Shown here: positions 9,930 to 19,352 of the stretch, in pieces
Numbering within the stretch: position 1 is the stretch's first letter
Layout of the letters: each line of letters starts with the position of its first letter
Assembly: GCA_021297985.1 (NCBI GenBank)
Contig: JAJTGU010000015.1
Location: 1,083 to 65,082, forward strand
Source: Rubrivivax sp.
GTDB lineage: Bacteria; Pseudomonadota; Gammaproteobacteria; Burkholderiales; Burkholderiaceae_C
Length of the DNA stretch: 64,000 nt
Reading direction: 5' to 3'
The notes under the pieces: generated by a model
Database searches by the model: none
What the model saw: only the letters and a program-made list of their open reading frames with translations
What the model was told of the DNA's origin: nothing
Position numbers and translations under genes: made by a program

Positions 9930-10036
9930 GGCACGGATCTCCAAAGCGGTGGGCCCGGGGCGACGCACTGTAGGCCTGCCGCGGCGCCACGACAATCCTG
10001 CAGCCCTGACCACCGTGAACGGGAGTGAGCGCCAAG

Positions 10037-10474
10037 ATGCCCCGCGACGACCTTGACCGCCGCCTGATCGCGTTGTTGCAAGCCAATGCGCGGCGCAGTA
10101 CCGCCGACCTTGCCCGCGCGCTGGGCGTCGCACGCACGACCGTGCTGGCCCGGCTGAACCGGCTGGAGCACGACGGCGCCATTGCCGGCTACACCGTGCG
10201 GCTGGGGGCCGACGCCGCGCCGGCCGGGGTCGAGGCCTTTGTCGGCATTGCGGTCGAGCCCAAGCAGGCGCGAGCCGCCACCCAGCGCCTGGCCACCTTG
10301 CCGGAGCTGCGCCTGCTGTGCTCGGTCAGCGGTGAATTCGACTGCATCGCGCTCCTGAGGGCGGAGTCGCCGGCGCGGCTGGACGCCCTGCTCGACGAGA
10401 TCGGCGGCTTTGCCGGGGTCCTGAAGACGACGACCTCGGTCGTGCTCGCCCGGCGGATCGACCGCACCACCTGA
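10037..10474 (+). CDS. Lrp/AsnC family transcriptional regulator
   Basis: LDRRLIALLQANARRSTADLARALGVARTTVLARLNRLEHDGAIAGYTV followed by an AsnC-type ligand domain. Start is ATG 10037, or possibly GTG 10025. Confidence 0.9.
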   Translation: MPRDDLDRRLIALLQANARRSTADLARALGVARTTVLARLNRLEHDGAIAGYTVRLGADAAPAGVEAFVGIAVEPKQARAATQRLATLPELRLLCSVSGEFDCIALLRAESPARLDALLDEIGGFAGVLKTTTSVVLARRIDRTT

Positions 10475-10572
10475 ATCGCGGGGTGAGACACCGGGACCCC
10501 CGGGCCGATCTGGAGAGGCCGCCCAGGGAGTACGGTCTATCGTGAGGGTTTCCGATCCACCTCCGACCGACC

Positions 10573-11610
10573 ATGCCCAACCGATTGAAGTCCCTCGTTG
10601 CCGCCGCTCTGCTGCTGGCCGGCGTGGCCCACGCGCAGCAGGTGCTGCTGGGTGTCGACACCCGCTTGAACCGGATCTGGCAGTTGAGCCCGACCGACGG
10701 CTCGGTGCTGAACAACGCCTTCATCGTCGACGCCAACAGCGCCGCGAGCTACGACTTCCAGACCCCGCGCGCCGCGATCCAGGTCGGCAGCCAGATCTGG
10801 GTCAGCGACCAGAGTCCCAGCATCAACGCGATCTACCGCTTCGACCTCACCGGCGCCTATGTCGGCAAGATCGGCGGCAACGTGCCCGGCGGCGGGCTCT
10901 CGAACGTGCGCGGCATGCGCCTGATCGGCGACACGGTCTACGTCGCCAACGCCGGCAACACCAATGGCGCGACCGGGCCGTCGATCGTCAAGTTCGATCT
11001 GTCCGGCAATCTGCTGGGCTCGTTCAGCACCGTCGCCGCCGGTGGCGCGATCGGCAATTCGCCGTGGGACGTGGTGTCCTACGGCGGCCGGCTGCTGGTC
11101 AGCGACGGCACCTCGCGCGCGCTGCAGCTGTACAACCTGGACGGCAGCTACCACGGCGCCTTCAGCGGTGCGATCAACAACATCCCGCAGCAGATGTTCG
11201 TTCGCACCAACGGCAACGTGCTCGTCAGCGCCAACGGGTCGCAGCCCGGTGGCAGCTTCGGCCTGTACGAGCTGAACGGCAACGGCTCGGTCGCCAAGAG
11301 CTGGACCAACACGCCCGGTCTGGGCGTGCGCGGCGTCTACGAGCTGGCCAACGGCCGCTACCTGATCAGCGAGGCCGGCGGCAGCAGTGCCGTGCGCGGC
11401 CTGGGCACGATCAATCCCGACGGTGTTCAGAACAACACCAATTTCAGCCTGATCGCCGGCAACTACAACGGCGGTTGGCTCAGCGTCGCCGTGATTCCCG
11501 AACCCGCCACCGTGCTGCTGTTCGGCGCCGGCCTGGGGCTGGTGGTGCTCCGTCGGCGTCAGGCCGTCCGGGCCAGTTCGGCGCGCATGGCCGAGATCAC
11601 GGCGCGGTAG
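10573..11610 (+). CDS. PEP-CTERM sorting domain-containing protein (beta-propeller-like repeats)
   Basis: Signal peptide [22 protein letters not shown]-terminal [23 protein letters not shown] is a PEP-CTERM anchor. The 3' end overlaps the convergent rpe by about 52 nt. Confidence 0.85.
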   Translation: MPNRLKSLVAAALLLAGVAHAQQVLLGVDTRLNRIWQLSPTDGSVLNNAFIVDANSAASYDFQTPRAAIQVGSQIWVSDQSPSINAIYRFDLTGAYVGKIGGNVPGGGLSNVRGMRLIGDTVYVANAGNTNGATGPSIVKFDLSGNLLGSFSTVAAGGAIGNSPWDVVSYGGRLLVSDGTSRALQLYNLDGSYHGAFSGAINNIPQQMFVRTNGNVLVSANGSQPGGSFGLYELNGNGSVAKSWTNTPGLGVRGVYELANGRYLISEAGGSSAVRGLGTINPDGVQNNTNFSLIAGNYNGGWLSVAVIPEPATVLLFGAGLGLVVLRRRQAVRASSARMAEITAR

Positions 11611-12269
11611 TCGGGCTGGCCGAAGATCGCGCTGCCGGCGACAAACGCGTCGGCGCCGGCGCTGGCGGCAGCGCGAATGTTGTCGACCTTGATGCCGCCA
11701 TCGACCTGCAACCGGATGCGGCGGCCGGTCTCGCGTTCGTGGGTGTCGATGCGGGCGCGGGCGGCGGCGAGCTTGCGCAGCGCCGCCGGGATGAAGCTCT
11801 GGCCACCGAAGCCGGGGTTGACGCTCATCACCAGGATCAGGTCGACCTTGTCGATGACCCAGTCCAGCACGTCCAGCGGCGTCGCCGGGTTGAAGACCAG
11901 CCCCGGCCGCGCGCCGGCGTCGCGGATCACCTGCAGCGTGCGGTCGACGTGCGTGCTGGCGTCGGGGTGGAAGCTGATCCAGTCGGCGCCGGCCTTGGCG
12001 AACGCGGTCGCCAGGGCATCGACCGGCTGAACCATCAGGTGGACGTCGATCGGCGCGGTGGTGTGCGGCCGCAACGCCTGGCAGATCATCGGGCCGAAGG
12101 TCAGGTTCGGCACGTAATGGTTGTCCATCACGTCGAAGTGGATCCAGTCGGCGCCTGCGGCGACGACGTTGCGGACCTCATCGCCCAGCCGTGCAAAGTC
12201 GGCCGACAGGAGGCTGGGGGCGATGACGAATTCGGCGGCGTTGGCGGTGTCGGTTTCGAGGCTCGGCAC
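11559..12269 (-). CDS. rpe: ribulose-phosphate 3-epimerase
   Basis: [45 protein letters not shown]. No ATG lies upstream. GTG 12269 is chosen as start, because the TTG at 12371 would overlap the divergent apaG. The start is uncertain. Confidence 0.88.
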   Translation of the reverse strand: MPSLETDTANAAEFVIAPSLLSADFARLGDEVRNVVAAGADWIHFDVMDNHYVPNLTFGPMICQALRPHTTAPIDVHLMVQPVDALATAFAKAGADWISFHPDASTHVDRTLQVIRDAGARPGLVFNPATPLDVLDWVIDKVDLILVMSVNPGFGGQSFIPAALRKLAAARARIDTHERETGRRIRLQVDGGIKVDNIRAAASAGADAFVAGSAIFGQPDYRAVISAMRAELARTA

Positions 12270-12339
12270 GGTGTTCGACGTGGGGGGGGTGTAGGGAAGC
12301 CGGTCAGTGTAGGCTGCACGGAAACTCCGGAACCCGCCG

Positions 12340-12714
12340 ATGTCCCAGCCCGCCTTTGAGTCCAAGGTCAAGGTCCAGTACCTGCCCGAGCAGTCGCAAC
12401 CGCCCGAAGGCCCGTTTGCCTTTGCCTACACGGTGACCATCGTCAACCGCGGCGACGTCGTCGCGCAGTTGATCGCCCGCCAGTGGCTGGTCAGCAACTC
12501 CCACGGCCAGACCGAAGAGGTACGCGGCCTGGCGGTCGTCGGCCACCAGCCGCTGTTGCAGCCGGGTGAGAGCTTCGAATACACGAGCTGGACCCGCATC
12601 GACACCCCCACCGGGCAGATGCGCGGCACCTTCTTCTGCATGACCGAGGACGCCCGGCCCTTCGAGGCCGAGGTGGCGCCGTTCGAGCTGGTCTATCCGG
12701 GCGCGCTGCACTGA
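12340..12714 (+). CDS. apaG: Co2+/Mg2+ efflux protein ApaG (DUF525)
   Basis: 124 aa with [31 protein letters not shown] and GESFEYTS, typical of ApaG. Confidence 0.9.
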   Translation: MSQPAFESKVKVQYLPEQSQPPEGPFAFAYTVTIVNRGDVVAQLIARQWLVSNSHGQTEEVRGLAVVGHQPLLQPGESFEYTSWTRIDTPTGQMRGTFFCMTEDARPFEAEVAPFELVYPGALH

Positions 12715-12763
12715 GGCGCCGCAAGGCCTCGCTGCATGCCCGCAGCGAGGCTGCGCAGCGCGG

Positions 12764-12877
12764 TCAGCGATCTTCGTCCTGGCGCTCGCCCTTCTTTCGG
12801 CCCGAGAACATCGTCCACCAGACCAGGAAGACCAAAAGCCCCAGCGCCGCAAGCGCCTCGAGGATCAGCAGCCACAT
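12764..12877 (-). CDS. small membrane protein (37 aa), unannotated candidate
   Basis: Read from the sequence: MWLLILEALAALGLLVFLVWWTMFSGRKKGERQDEDR*. GGAG lies 10 nt upstream. The ATG is 7 nt after the EamA stop. One TM helix plus a charged tail. Confidence 0.4.
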   Translation of the reverse strand: MWLLILEALAALGLLVFLVWWTMFSGRKKGERQDEDR

Positions 12878-12884
12878 CGTCGTG

Positions 12885-13817
12885 TCACTCCATCGGCCGA
12901 GCGCTGGCACGCGCCACACGGGCCTGCCAGCGGGGCCACAGCAGGTTCAGGGTCAGGCCTGCGATCACGAGCCCTGCGGCGGCCAGCTTCCAGGTCGGCA
13001 GCGGCTCGCCCCACCAGAGCGCGGCCGACGCCATGCCGAACACCGGCACGCCCAGCGCCAACGGTGCCACGCTGGCCGCGGGGTGGCGCGCCAGCAGCCA
13101 GCCCCAGGCGGCATAGCCGAACAAGGTGTTGCCCACCGCCTGCCAGACCACGGCGGCCCAGGTCGTGGCGTCGGCAGCGGCCAGGCCTTCGGCGATGCGC
13201 GCCGGGCCTTCGAGCCAGAGGCTGAGCAGCAGCAAGGGTGGCAGCGCAAACGCACTGGACCAGACGACGAAGGCCAGCATGTCGACCCGTCCGGCGGCAC
13301 GCGCGGTGTGGTTGCCGGCGGCCCATGACAGGGCGGCGCCGAGCACCATCAGCACGCCGAGCGGCGTCAGTTCGGCCTCGCCGAGCCGCCATGCCATGAA
13401 ACCGATGAACGCGATGCCGCTGCCGGCCAGTGCCAAGGCCAGCCACTGGAACGGCCGCGGCCGCTCGCCCAACGCCAGCATGGCAAAGCCGATCGTGAAG
13501 AAGACCTGCGTCTGCACCACGAGCGACGCCAGACCAGGTGTGATGTGCCCGTCCATCGCGGTGTAGAGCAGCGCAAACTGGCCGGATCCGATGAGCATGC
13601 CGTAACCCGCCAGCACGCTCCACGGCACGGCCGGGCGCTTCAGGAAGAGTGCCGCCGGGACAAAGGCCAGCGCAAACCTCAGCACCGCCAGCGTCAATGG
13701 GGGCAAGGACGTCAGCGCCTGCTTGATGACGACGAAATTGCTGCCCCAGATCGCCACCACCGCCAGTCCGAGCAACAGGTGGCGCAGCGGCAGCGCCGGC
13801 GGCACAGTGGCCGTCAA
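12885..13817 (-). CDS. EamA/DMT family transporter
   Basis: Ten hydrophobic segments with two EamA repeats (AIWGSNFVVIK...). The TTG start overlaps the upstream stop (TTGA); GTG 13805 is an alternative. Confidence 0.9.
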   Translation of the reverse strand: MTATVPPALPLRHLLLGLAVVAIWGSNFVVIKQALTSLPPLTLAVLRFALAFVPAALFLKRPAVPWSVLAGYGMLIGSGQFALLYTAMDGHITPGLASLVVQTQVFFTIGFAMLALGERPRPFQWLALALAGSGIAFIGFMAWRLGEAELTPLGVLMVLGAALSWAAGNHTARAAGRVDMLAFVVWSSAFALPPLLLLSLWLEGPARIAEGLAAADATTWAAVVWQAVGNTLFGYAAWGWLLARHPAASVAPLALGVPVFGMASAALWWGEPLPTWKLAAAGLVIAGLTLNLLWPRWQARVARASARPME

Positions 13818-14920
13818 GCCGACACCACCACCCGGGCGCCACCTTGGGCCTTGGCCTCCAGCAGGGCCCGACGGGCGCGGTCCAGGGTTGCGGCCACGGA
13901 CTCTCCGGCGTGGTGCTCGGCGAGCCCCGCTGACACGGTCACCGCAACCATCGTTTCGCCCTGCACGATGCGCAAACCGCTGACCCGCTGGTGCATGCGC
14001 TCCAGCCCGCCGCGCGCCAGCACCGCGCGGGTGTCGGCCAGCATCAGCACGAACTGTTGGCCGCTCCAGCGCCCCAGCGCGTCCGACACCCGGACGTGAC
14101 GCAGCGCTTCGGCGGAAAAAGCCCGCAGCACCTGGTCCCCGACAGCGTAGCCGTGAGCCTGGTTCACCGGCTTGAGGTGGTCGAGGTCGAGCAGCGCGAG
14201 GCAGAAGCTGTGGCCCGAGCGGATGCAGCGCTGATGCTCCTGCTCCATCAACTCCTGCATGTGGCGGCGATTGGCCAGACCGGTCAACTCGTCGTGGGTC
14301 GCCAGTTCACGGATGTGGGCCAGGGCCTGGGCGAGTTCGGCCCGCTGCAGACGCGCCCGCTGGCGCAACTTGGACAGCCGCCCAGCCAGCACCGACACCG
14401 CCGGCACCATCGTCGCGATCATCAGGAAGTGTCCGACCTCGACCGACCAGGGGTAGGCGTCAGGGTCGTGCCAGGCCATGGCCGCCATGGTGGCGCCAAA
14501 GATCGCGACGCAGAAGATGCTGACGCCGCGCATCTGCGCCGGTGTTGCGACGAACATGCCGAACATCAGGATCGTCATCACGATGGGGAACGCGCCGCCG
14601 CGGCCGGCCCCGAGGATGGCGTATGCCACGGCGCCGCAGGTGATCGCATACAGCATCTGCGGCACTGTCAGCGAAGGCTCCTTGAACCGGCGCGAGAAGC
14701 CGCTGCGGATCAGCGCGAAGAACGCCGCCATGCCGCCCAGCGAGAAGGCCGTCCACAGCAGGACCGGCTGCGCCGGCGCCACGCCGGCCCAGACGAAGAA
14801 GTGCATCGTCAGCACCCCGATGGCGAGCAGCGCCATCGCAAGGCTCGCCTGCGCCAGCCGCACGCGCTGCACGGCGTCGGTCGTCAGGAGCAGGTCAACG
14901 ATGCGGCGGGATGGCGACAC
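13814..14920 (-). CDS. membrane-anchored degenerate GGDEF domain protein (SGQQF instead of GG[DE]EF)
   Basis: A five-to-six TM N-terminal domain is followed by DELTGLANRRHM...LLDLDHLKPVNQAHGYAVGD...RVSDALGRWSGQQFVLML. The start is uncertain: GTG 14920, or TTG 14986. The ORF-track start at 15124 overlaps the lrp gene. Confidence 0.85.
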   Translation of the reverse strand: MSPSRRIVDLLLTTDAVQRVRLAQASLAMALLAIGVLTMHFFVWAGVAPAQPVLLWTAFSLGGMAAFFALIRSGFSRRFKEPSLTVPQMLYAITCGAVAYAILGAGRGGAFPIVMTILMFGMFVATPAQMRGVSIFCVAIFGATMAAMAWHDPDAYPWSVEVGHFLMIATMVPAVSVLAGRLSKLRQRARLQRAELAQALAHIRELATHDELTGLANRRHMQELMEQEHQRCIRSGHSFCLALLDLDHLKPVNQAHGYAVGDQVLRAFSAEALRHVRVSDALGRWSGQQFVLMLADTRAVLARGGLERMHQRVSGLRIVQGETMVAVTVSAGLAEHHAGESVAATLDRARRALLEAKAQGGARVVVSA

Positions 14921-15056
14921 GGCGGCGGCGGTTGAAGCGGCGGCAGGGCGCAGGGCAGGGGCAGGGCGTACAAGTGAAGAAGCCAAGCCGTGGACACCTT
15001 CGGGCAACAAAGGTCCGGACAAATTCGGGACCAAATGCTTAGGGTAACACCGTAGA

Positions 15057-15662
15057 TCAGCGAGCCGACCCCCGTGACCGCAGGTGTCCCAATGGCAAGG
15101 CGCCGCCTGCCTTGACCTCGCCAAGCGAAAAGCTGGTGTGCAGGTCCTTGACGTTCGGCAGCTTGAACAGGGTCTGCATCAGCCAGCGCGAAAACGCATC
15201 GAGGTCGGTGGCGACGACATGCAGTTCCACCGTCCCGGCGCCGCTGATGTAGTGACACGCGACGACCTCGGGCAGGGCGCGGATGGCCGCCTCCAGTGCT
15301 GAGGTGGCATCGGCGTTGTTGCGCTCGGCATCCACACGCACGAAGGCCAGCACCCCCAGGCCGAGCTTCTTGCGGTCGATCTCGGCGCGGTAGCCGGTGA
15401 TGTAGCCCTGTTCCTCGAGCCACTTCACGCGCCGCCAGGTCGGTGCAGCCGACAGGCCGATGCGCGCCGCAAGGTCGGTGTTGCTCAGCCGGGCATCGGC
15501 CTGCAGCGCGTCCAGGATCGCCAGGTCGTAGCGGTCGAGTGCCACGCCTGCCGCCGGCTCGCCGGCCATGACCGGGTCGGTGGCGGGGGCATGGGCCGGC
15601 GGTGGGGCAGCCCCGTCGCGTGAGGTCGAGGTTTTCCCTGATGTCGGCTTCTTCAGCGCCAT
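15057..15662 (-). CDS. Lrp/AsnC family transcriptional regulator
   Basis: LDRYDLAILDALQADARLSNTDLAARIGLSAAPTWRRVKWLEEQGYITGY. ATG 15662 has AAGGA upstream. It is divergent from the IOR gene. Confidence 0.9.
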   Translation of the reverse strand: MALKKPTSGKTSTSRDGAAPPPAHAPATDPVMAGEPAAGVALDRYDLAILDALQADARLSNTDLAARIGLSAAPTWRRVKWLEEQGYITGYRAEIDRKKLGLGVLAFVRVDAERNNADATSALEAAIRALPEVVACHYISGAGTVELHVVATDLDAFSRWLMQTLFKLPNVKDLHTSFSLGEVKAGGALPLGHLRSRGSAR

Positions 15663-15767
15663 TTGATTTCCTTGTGGTTATTTCGAGAAAGGATCATGCG
15701 TCAAGCATGCCGAATCGGGCATCGAAAGAAAAGACATGCGCGGGCGCTTTTCCTACACTGCCCGGCC

Positions 15768-18700
15768 ATGAACGCACCCCTGCCTGAACACATCCGCCGC
15801 GCCCTCGAGACGGTCACGCTCGACGACAAGTACCGACTCGATCGCGGCCGCGCCTTCATGTCGGGCGTCCAGGCCCTGGTCCGCCTGCCGATGCTGCAGC
15901 GCCAACGCGATGCGCTCGCGGGGCTCAACACCGCCGGTTTCATCAGTGGCTACCGCGGCAGCCCTCTGGGCGGTTACGACCAGGCACTGTGGGCGGCGAA
16001 GAAGCATCTGGCGGCCAACCACGTCGTCTTCCAGCCCGGCGTGAACGAGGAACTCGGCGCCACCGCCGTCTGGGGCACGCAGCAGCTCGACCTCTATCCC
16101 AAGGAGGCGAAGTACGACGGCGTCTTCGGCATCTGGTACGGCAAGGGCCCGGGTGTGGACCGCTGTTCCGACGTCTTCAAGCACGCCAACATGGCCGGCA
16201 CCAGCCGCCACGGCGGCGTGATCGCGATCGCCGGTGACGACCACGTCTCCAAGAGCAGCACCGCGCCGCACCAGAGCGACCACATCTTCAAGGCCTGCGG
16301 GTTGCCGGTTTTCTTCCCGAGCGACGTGCAGGGCATCCTGGACATGGGCCTGCACGCGCTGGCGCTGTCGCGCTATTCAGGCGTGTGGGCGGGCATGAAG
16401 ACGATCCAGGAAGTCGTCGAGTCCTCGTCGTCGGTGCTGGTCGACCCGGACCGCGTGAAGATCGTGCTGCCCGAGGACTTCCAGATGCCTCCGGGCGGCC
16501 TGCACATCCGCTGGCCCGACGCCCCGCTGGAGCAGGAAGCGCGGCTGATGGACTACAAGTGGTACGCGGCCCTGGCTTACGTGCGCGCCAACCGCCTGAA
16601 CCACAACGTCATCGAGGGCCCGAACGACCGCTTCGGCATCGTCGCCAGCGGCAAGGCCTTCAACGACACGCGCCAGGCGCTGGCCGATCTGGGCCTGGAC
16701 GACGACACCTGCCGCGCCATCGGCCTGCGGCTGCACAAGGTCAACGTCGTCTGGCCGCTCGAGGCCACGATCACACGCGAGTTCGCGCAGGGGCTGACCG
16801 AGATCCTGGTCGTCGAGGAAAAGCGCCAGGTCATCGAGTACCAGCTGAAGGAAGAGCTCTACAACTGGCGCCCGGACGTGCGGCCCAACGTGCTGGGCAA
16901 GTTCGACGAGCCCGAGGGTGACAACAATGGCGGCGAGTGGAGCCGGCCGAACCCGAGCGAGAACTGGCTGCTGCGCGCCAAGGCCGACCTGACGCCGGCG
17001 ATCATCGGCAAGGCCATCGCCAAGCGGCTGAAGAAGCTCGGCGTGGACCGCGACATCGCGGCCCGCATGGACCAGCGCATTGCCACCATCGAGGCGCGCG
17101 AGCGCCAGCTCGCCGAGCTGAAGACCGACACCGGAGAGCGTGCCCCGTGGTTCTGCTCGGGCTGCCCGCACAACACCAGCACCCGCGTGCCCGAAGGCAG
17201 CCGTGCCGTCGCCGGCATCGGCTGCCACTACATGACCGTGTGGATGGACCGCAGCACCAGCACCTTCACCCAGATGGGCGGCGAGGGCGTGCCCTGGGTC
17301 GGCCAGGCGCCGTTCACGAACGAGAAGCACATCTTCACCAACCTCGGCGACGGCACCTACTTCCACAGCGGCCTGCTCGCGATCCGCCAGAGCATCGCCG
17401 CGGGCGTGAACATCACCTACAAGGTGCTCTACAACGACGCGGTGGCGATGACCGGCGGTCAGCAGGTCGGCGAGCGGCCCGAGGGCCATTCGGTCCTGCA
17501 GATCATGAAGAGCCTGGTCAGCGAGGGCGTCAGAAAGCTGGTCATCGTGACCGACGAGCCCCAGAAGTACGACGGCGTGCCGCTGGAGCCGGGTGTCACG
17601 GTGCATCACCGCGACGAGCTGGACACGATCCAGCGCGGGTTCCGCGAGCTGCCGGGCACCACGGCCATCATCTACGACCAGACCTGCGCCACCGAGAAGC
17701 GCCGGCGGAGGAAGCGCGGCACCATGGCCGTGCCGACCAAGACCGTGGTCATCAACGAGCTGGTCTGCGAAGGCTGCGGCGACTGCGGCGTTCAGAGCAA
17801 CTGCCTGTCGGTCGAGCCGGTGGAAACCGAGTTCGGGCGCAAGCGCCGCATCAACCAGAACACCTGCAACAAGGACTACTCCTGCGTCAAGGGCTTCTGC
17901 CCGAGCTTCGTCACCGTCGAGGGCGGCGTGCTGAAGAAGCCCAAGAAGGCCGAGAAGGGATCGCTGGCGGCGCTGCCGCCGCTGCCCGAGCCGGTGCTGC
18001 CGGTGGCCGAAGAGGCCTGGGGCATCGTCGTCGGCGGGGTCGGTGGCACCGGGGTCATCACCATCGGCCAGCTTCTGGGCATGGCCGCGCACCTCGAGGG
18101 CAAGGGCGTCGTCACGCAGGACGCCGGCGGCCTGGCGCAAAAGGGTGGCGCGACCTGGAGCCACATCCAGATCGCCAACCGGCCCGAGGCCATCCACACC
18201 ACGAAGGTCGACACCGCCAAGGCCGACCTCGTGATCGCCTGCGACTCCATCGTCGGCGCCGCCAAGTACACGTTGACCGTGATGCAGCAGGGCCGTACCT
18301 ACGTCGCGCTGAACACCCATGGCACACCGACCGCGGCCTTCGTGCGGAACGCGGACTGGCAGTTCCCCGGGGGCAACTGCGACACCGTGATCCGCGGCAG
18401 TGTCGGCAGCGAGCTGGTCGGCGCCTTCGACGCCGAGGAAGTGGCCGTGCAGATGCTCGGCGACAGCATCTACACCAACCCGCTGATGATGGGCTTCGCC
18501 TGGCAGCAGGGCCGCGTGCCGCTGTCGTACGCCGCGATCATGCGGGCCATCGAGCTCAACGCGGTGCAGGTCGACAACAACAAGACGGCCTTCGAATGGG
18601 GCCGGCGCTGTGCCCACGACCTGTCCGCAGTGCGGGCGATGTTCAAGGCCCAGCAGGTCATCCAGATCGTCAAGAAGCCGGGCGTGGCCGAATTGGTGTC

Positions 18701-19325
18701 ACGGCGTGTCGAGTTCCTCACCGCCTACCAGGACGGCGCCTACGCCCAGCGCTACAAGGCCTTCGTCGACCAGGTCCAGGCGGCCGAAGGCGCACTCGGC
18801 GGCAGTGGTTCGCCGCTGACCGAGGCCGTCGCCCGATACCTCTTCAAGCTGATGGCCTACAAGGACGAGTACGAGGTCGCCCGCCTGCACACCGACCCCG
18901 GCTTCACGGCCAAGGTCTCGGCGATGTTCGAAGGCGAGGCCGGCCGCGACTACACGCTGGTGCACCACCTGGCGCCACCCGCGATCGCCAGGAAGAACGA
19001 CAAGGGCGAGTTGATCAAGCAGCCTTTCGGCCCCTGGGTCCGCACCGGATTTGCACTGCTCGCGAAGATGAAGGGCCTGCGTGGCGGTGCGTTCGACATC
19101 TTCGGCCGCACCGAGGAGCGGCGCATGGAGCGCGCGTTGATCGACGAGTACCGCAGCTGCATCGCCGAGCTGCTGAAGACCTTGAGCGCCGACAACCGCA
19201 CGCTGGCCGCCGAGATCGCGCGCATCCCTGAAGAGATCCGCGGCTACGGCCACGTCAAGGAGCGCCATGTCAAGGCCGCACGCGCCAAGTGGGATGTCTT
19301 GATGCAGCGCTGGCGCGAAGCCTGA
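15768..19325 (+). CDS. indolepyruvate ferredoxin oxidoreductase family protein (fused alpha/beta)
   Basis: MNAPLPEHIRRALETVTLDDKYRL..., TPP motif GDGTYFHSG, and ferredoxin-type CEGCGDCGVQSNC. 1185 aa from ATG 15768. Confidence 0.95.
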   Translation: MNAPLPEHIRRALETVTLDDKYRLDRGRAFMSGVQALVRLPMLQRQRDALAGLNTAGFISGYRGSPLGGYDQALWAAKKHLAANHVVFQPGVNEELGATAVWGTQQLDLYPKEAKYDGVFGIWYGKGPGVDRCSDVFKHANMAGTSRHGGVIAIAGDDHVSKSSTAPHQSDHIFKACGLPVFFPSDVQGILDMGLHALALSRYSGVWAGMKTIQEVVESSSSVLVDPDRVKIVLPEDFQMPPGGLHIRWPDAPLEQEARLMDYKWYAALAYVRANRLNHNVIEGPNDRFGIVASGKAFNDTRQALADLGLDDDTCRAIGLRLHKVNVVWPLEATITREFAQGLTEILVVEEKRQVIEYQLKEELYNWRPDVRPNVLGKFDEPEGDNNGGEWSRPNPSENWLLRAKADLTPAIIGKAIAKRLKKLGVDRDIAARMDQRIATIEARERQLAELKTDTGERAPWFCSGCPHNTSTRVPEGSRAVAGIGCHYMTVWMDRSTSTFTQMGGEGVPWVGQAPFTNEKHIFTNLGDGTYFHSGLLAIRQSIAAGVNITYKVLYNDAVAMTGGQQVGERPEGHSVLQIMKSLVSEGVRKLVIVTDEPQKYDGVPLEPGVTVHHRDELDTIQRGFRELPGTTAIIYDQTCATEKRRRRKRGTMAVPTKTVVINELVCEGCGDCGVQSNCLSVEPVETEFGRKRRINQNTCNKDYSCVKGFCPSFVTVEGGVLKKPKKAEKGSLAALPPLPEPVLPVAEEAWGIVVGGVGGTGVITIGQLLGMAAHLEGKGVVTQDAGGLAQKGGATWSHIQIANRPEAIHTTKVDTAKADLVIACDSIVGAAKYTLTVMQQGRTYVALNTHGTPTAAFVRNADWQFPGGNCDTVIRGSVGSELVGAFDAEEVAVQMLGDSIYTNPLMMGFAWQQGRVPLSYAAIMRAIELNAVQVDNNKTAFEWGRRCAHDLSAVRAMFKAQQVIQIVKKPGVAELVSRRVEFLTAYQDGAYAQRYKAFVDQVQAAEGALGGSGSPLTEAVARYLFKLMAYKDEYEVARLHTDPGFTAKVSAMFEGEAGRDYTLVHHLAPPAIARKNDKGELIKQPFGPWVRTGFALLAKMKGLRGGAFDIFGRTEERRMERALIDEYRSCIAELLKTLSADNRTLAAEIARIPEEIRGYGHVKERHVKAARAKWDVLMQRWREA

Positions 19326-19352
19326 TCTGCGCTTCCCAAGCGGACCCGCCCC

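Noticed and set aside
6249-11558. Genomic island or mobile element call for the accessory block
   Set aside because: No integrase, transposase, tRNA, phage genes or flanking repeats were seen, and the composition looks like the rest of the window by eye.
12693-12875. 60-aa minus-strand ORF listed in the track
   Set aside because: Gly/Ala/Arg-rich with no SD. The overlapping 37-aa frame has an SD and a clean TM helix, and is preferred.
15663-15767. Upstream ATG 15696 (with an AAAGGA SD) as the IOR start
   Set aside because: It would add a Cys/Arg/His/Lys-rich 24-aa extension unlike IOR family N-termini, which begin near ...LDDKY. The AT-rich segment is more likely the Lrp-controlled promoter region.
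16377-18617. 746-aa minus-strand ORF inside the IOR gene
   Set aside because: It is an antisense shadow (poly Arg/Gly/Ala/His/Asp composition). The plus-strand frame carries TPP and 4Fe-4S motifs.
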